This document shows, one piece after another, positions 61,351 to 64,000 of a stretch of 64,000 bases of DNA. Position 1 is the first letter of the stretch. Each line of letters starts with the position of its first letter. A program made the translations under genes and the position numbers. Source of the stretch: Lytechinus pictus (taxonomy: Eukaryota); assembly GCF_037042905.1 (NCBI RefSeq), contig NC_087245.1, positions 20,648,001 to 20,712,000 on the forward strand, given 5' to 3'. The notes below the pieces were generated by a model. The model searched no databases. It was not told the DNA's origin and saw only the letters and a list, made by a program, of their open reading frames with translations.

Positions 61351-64000
61351 CTCACTTTTGGCTTCCACAAAATGGAGAAGTAAAAGACCATATTCTATTT
61401 TCACCAGTTGTTAGAGCACTTTTATCCTGTGATGTGCTAAGAATCACAAAGGAACTGGTTCCAATTGCAGACAATATGCATGTTCCCCCTTGTCGACTCA
61501 CGATGTGCCCTATTATGTTCCACTGTAATGATAGCCAGAAGAGCTTTTATTATAGTTGGTAATAGCTGCAATGTTTAAGATGTCTTCTTTGGAACTGTTT
61601 CAGTCACACTCAACAGTTGTACACTAGATCAGAATAATAAATCATATCATTGTGTACGTGTTCAGGAATATATAATAACAGCTCTCGAACAGAACTGTTA
61701 CGACAGCCGTGCCTTATCTATTATCACTGTCACTGACAAAATCAAATGCATGCATTTTTGTAATATTTTTAATATTTTTAATTTCAAGTAGTTTTATACT
61801 CCTGTGTTGGGAACATCTGTTCAGTGATGTGTATTTTTCTAATTGAGAAATAAAATGGGACAAACTGTCATTCTTGTGCAGATCTGCTTCATGACTTTGT
61901 CCTCTTAACCTTTTTTTTTAAATTAAATGTCTGTGTTTCTTATATTTGTATGTCTTGTGCTCAATTAATAAATGCAACTAAGATGCATTTCAAATATGCA
62001 TGTTTTCTAATTGGTTGGCAATCAATTTACATTCAAGTTTAGGAGTTGCGTTTGATTGCAAATCACTCTCAGTTAAAGAACCCCCCCCAAAAAAAAAAAA
62101 AAAAAAGCAGAAGGCAAAGAAGAAGAATGAGGAGGAGGGGGGGGGGTGAAGAAGGAAGAGAATTATTTGCCTTGCACATATAATATAACAGTAAAGGAAG
62201 AAAGAAAACAAGACTTGAAATCAGCAGGATTTAAACCTGTCATCTACTAGCTGACATCAACTCTACCTCTAGGCTCCATGCCACTGCTGGTCATTGGTAC
62301 TTGCCATATAGCAATCAATGAATAGATCTCGTTGGGTACCTATTCACCTCACCTGGGTCAAGTGCGGCTCATGTGGATACATTTTGTGCTGATGGAAATG
62401 TTAATCTTTGCCATGCCGTTAGAGATCTAGATCTGGGACATGAAAATTTTACTTTGTGAAATCCCGACATTTAAACTTAGAAATGATGAGACTAAAAATC
62501 ACAAACCCTGATAACCACATGTGGGGCGTTGTATCATCACTTGGAAAATTATAAATAAATCTAGCTGGGAAGTCATACTTTTGGGGGGCTAATTTTCTCA
62601 GCAATTCACCTTTTCAACTAGACCAAAATTATTTTACATAGGTACATTTTTTTAAATTCATGTATACAAATACTTGGGTTGTAATTTTATTGGATTCTGT
62701 TCAAACTCATTTTGAGATCATTACAACAACTAGCACTAAAAAAAAAATCAAACATAATTTTCTCATTTCTTTTGATTTTCTATATAATGATTAAAAGCCC
62801 ATTTGAACTCATAAAATAGAACATTCTGCTTGTATTTTCTTTATCACAATTTACCTCACAAATCTCATTTGAATTGCATTTTTCACTGACATAAATTTCG
62901 TATTCACATTCAGTGCCTTTATTGTTAACTCAAATACTAATGTTCTAAGTGAACTATACATTTTATCACGTGGAATTTTCTTGTGTAATATATCTTTTCA
63001 TTAATTTAGCTGACAAGTGAAACGTTTTCCTAATGGTCCATAGTGTCTCGCTGTATTACAAATACACTGGAAATCAAAATATATTTAGGATTTTGTATTT
63101 GTACATGCTGTATATGTAGCATTTTTATATCCTCATTTCCTATCCTATTTGAAATGCTTTCATACAAGGGTCATTGTTTATTTGTTAAATAATATTTATT
63201 TTAAAATTTGTAAATATGACAGATGTACAATTTCTGATAATTATTTTGCTCTCAATTTCTTTTATTCATCCTTAATCCATCAAGGATAATTGCTCTTGCA
63301 AACTCAGTGTATTTTCTCGTTAGAATGATGGAAATAACATGTACACATACATGCATTCAGTTTATGATTATGATTTAGTTCACAATTTGATGTATTTCTT
63401 CTTATTCCTAACAAGAATTAATTGATGTCTGTTACTATCTACATGTATCTGTTGAAAATTTGTCTGTTGCGCATTTCTGATTTAGCTCACAATTCAATCT
63501 TAAAGCAGATTGTCATATCCTAATCAAATTCTGGATTATGTTTATCATAATCATGTTTAGAAAAATGCATTTTGTTTACCATGTTGTCATTATAGGCAAA
63601 GCAGATCCAAAAAGAATGTCTAATAAAGTTTAGAAATACACATGTTCCCCTTTTGGGATTTCATTTATTATTAAGTGTAGTCAAAGGCATCATCAGCTCG
63701 GGGGGGGGGGGGGGTTACCCCTGTGTGGCAAAAATAAACCAAGTGTATTATGCTGTTAAAAGTTTGCAATTTTGATATTCATATTAAACAAGCAGCTATA
63801 TTACAAGCTCTGCATATGGGAAGAAGGGGGTGTTTTGATCCCAGGGGGAGTGGGGGGCAAATGATAGACCCTGAACACACACATACACACAAATACTTTT
63901 AAAGGTTTGGTTTCTCCTTGGATCCATCTTATTCTCTAGTTCATATATTTGTAACTTACAGATAACATTTATCGGGGGGGGGGGCGTTCTATCACTGCTC

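Noticed and set aside
60767..61414. Val-rich and His-rich ORFs after EZH2
   Set aside because: They come from low-complexity CAC/CAT sequence in the probable 3' UTR.

Overview
AT-rich, intron-containing eukaryotic DNA. The repeat landscape suggests an invertebrate deuterostome, probably a sea urchin; this is inference. The window holds three + strand protein-coding genes, which I reconstructed by hand from splice sites. (1) and (2) are two tandem paralogs with a C-type lectin domain, a Thr/Ser-rich mucin-like tandem-repeat linker and a C-terminal PAN/apple-like domain: 3905-7465 (complete, 690 aa) and 22244-25485 (first exon not located). (3) is a complete Enhancer of zeste / EZH2 gene (20 coding exons, 37559-60463, ~746 aa). 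The rest is dense with non-autonomous, often nested DNA transposons, plus tRNA-derived SINEs, a LINE fragment and satellites. The most notable oddities are a decayed duplicate of the EZH2 CXC exon that diverges mostly at synonymous sites, a candidate 12-nt EZH2 microexon, a degenerate hammerhead-ribozyme-like motif in an EZH2 intron hairpin, a 3-kb foldback element with a 6-bp TSD, and a perfect 39-bp inverted repeat upstream of EZH2. No database searches were run, so family names come from recalled motifs.
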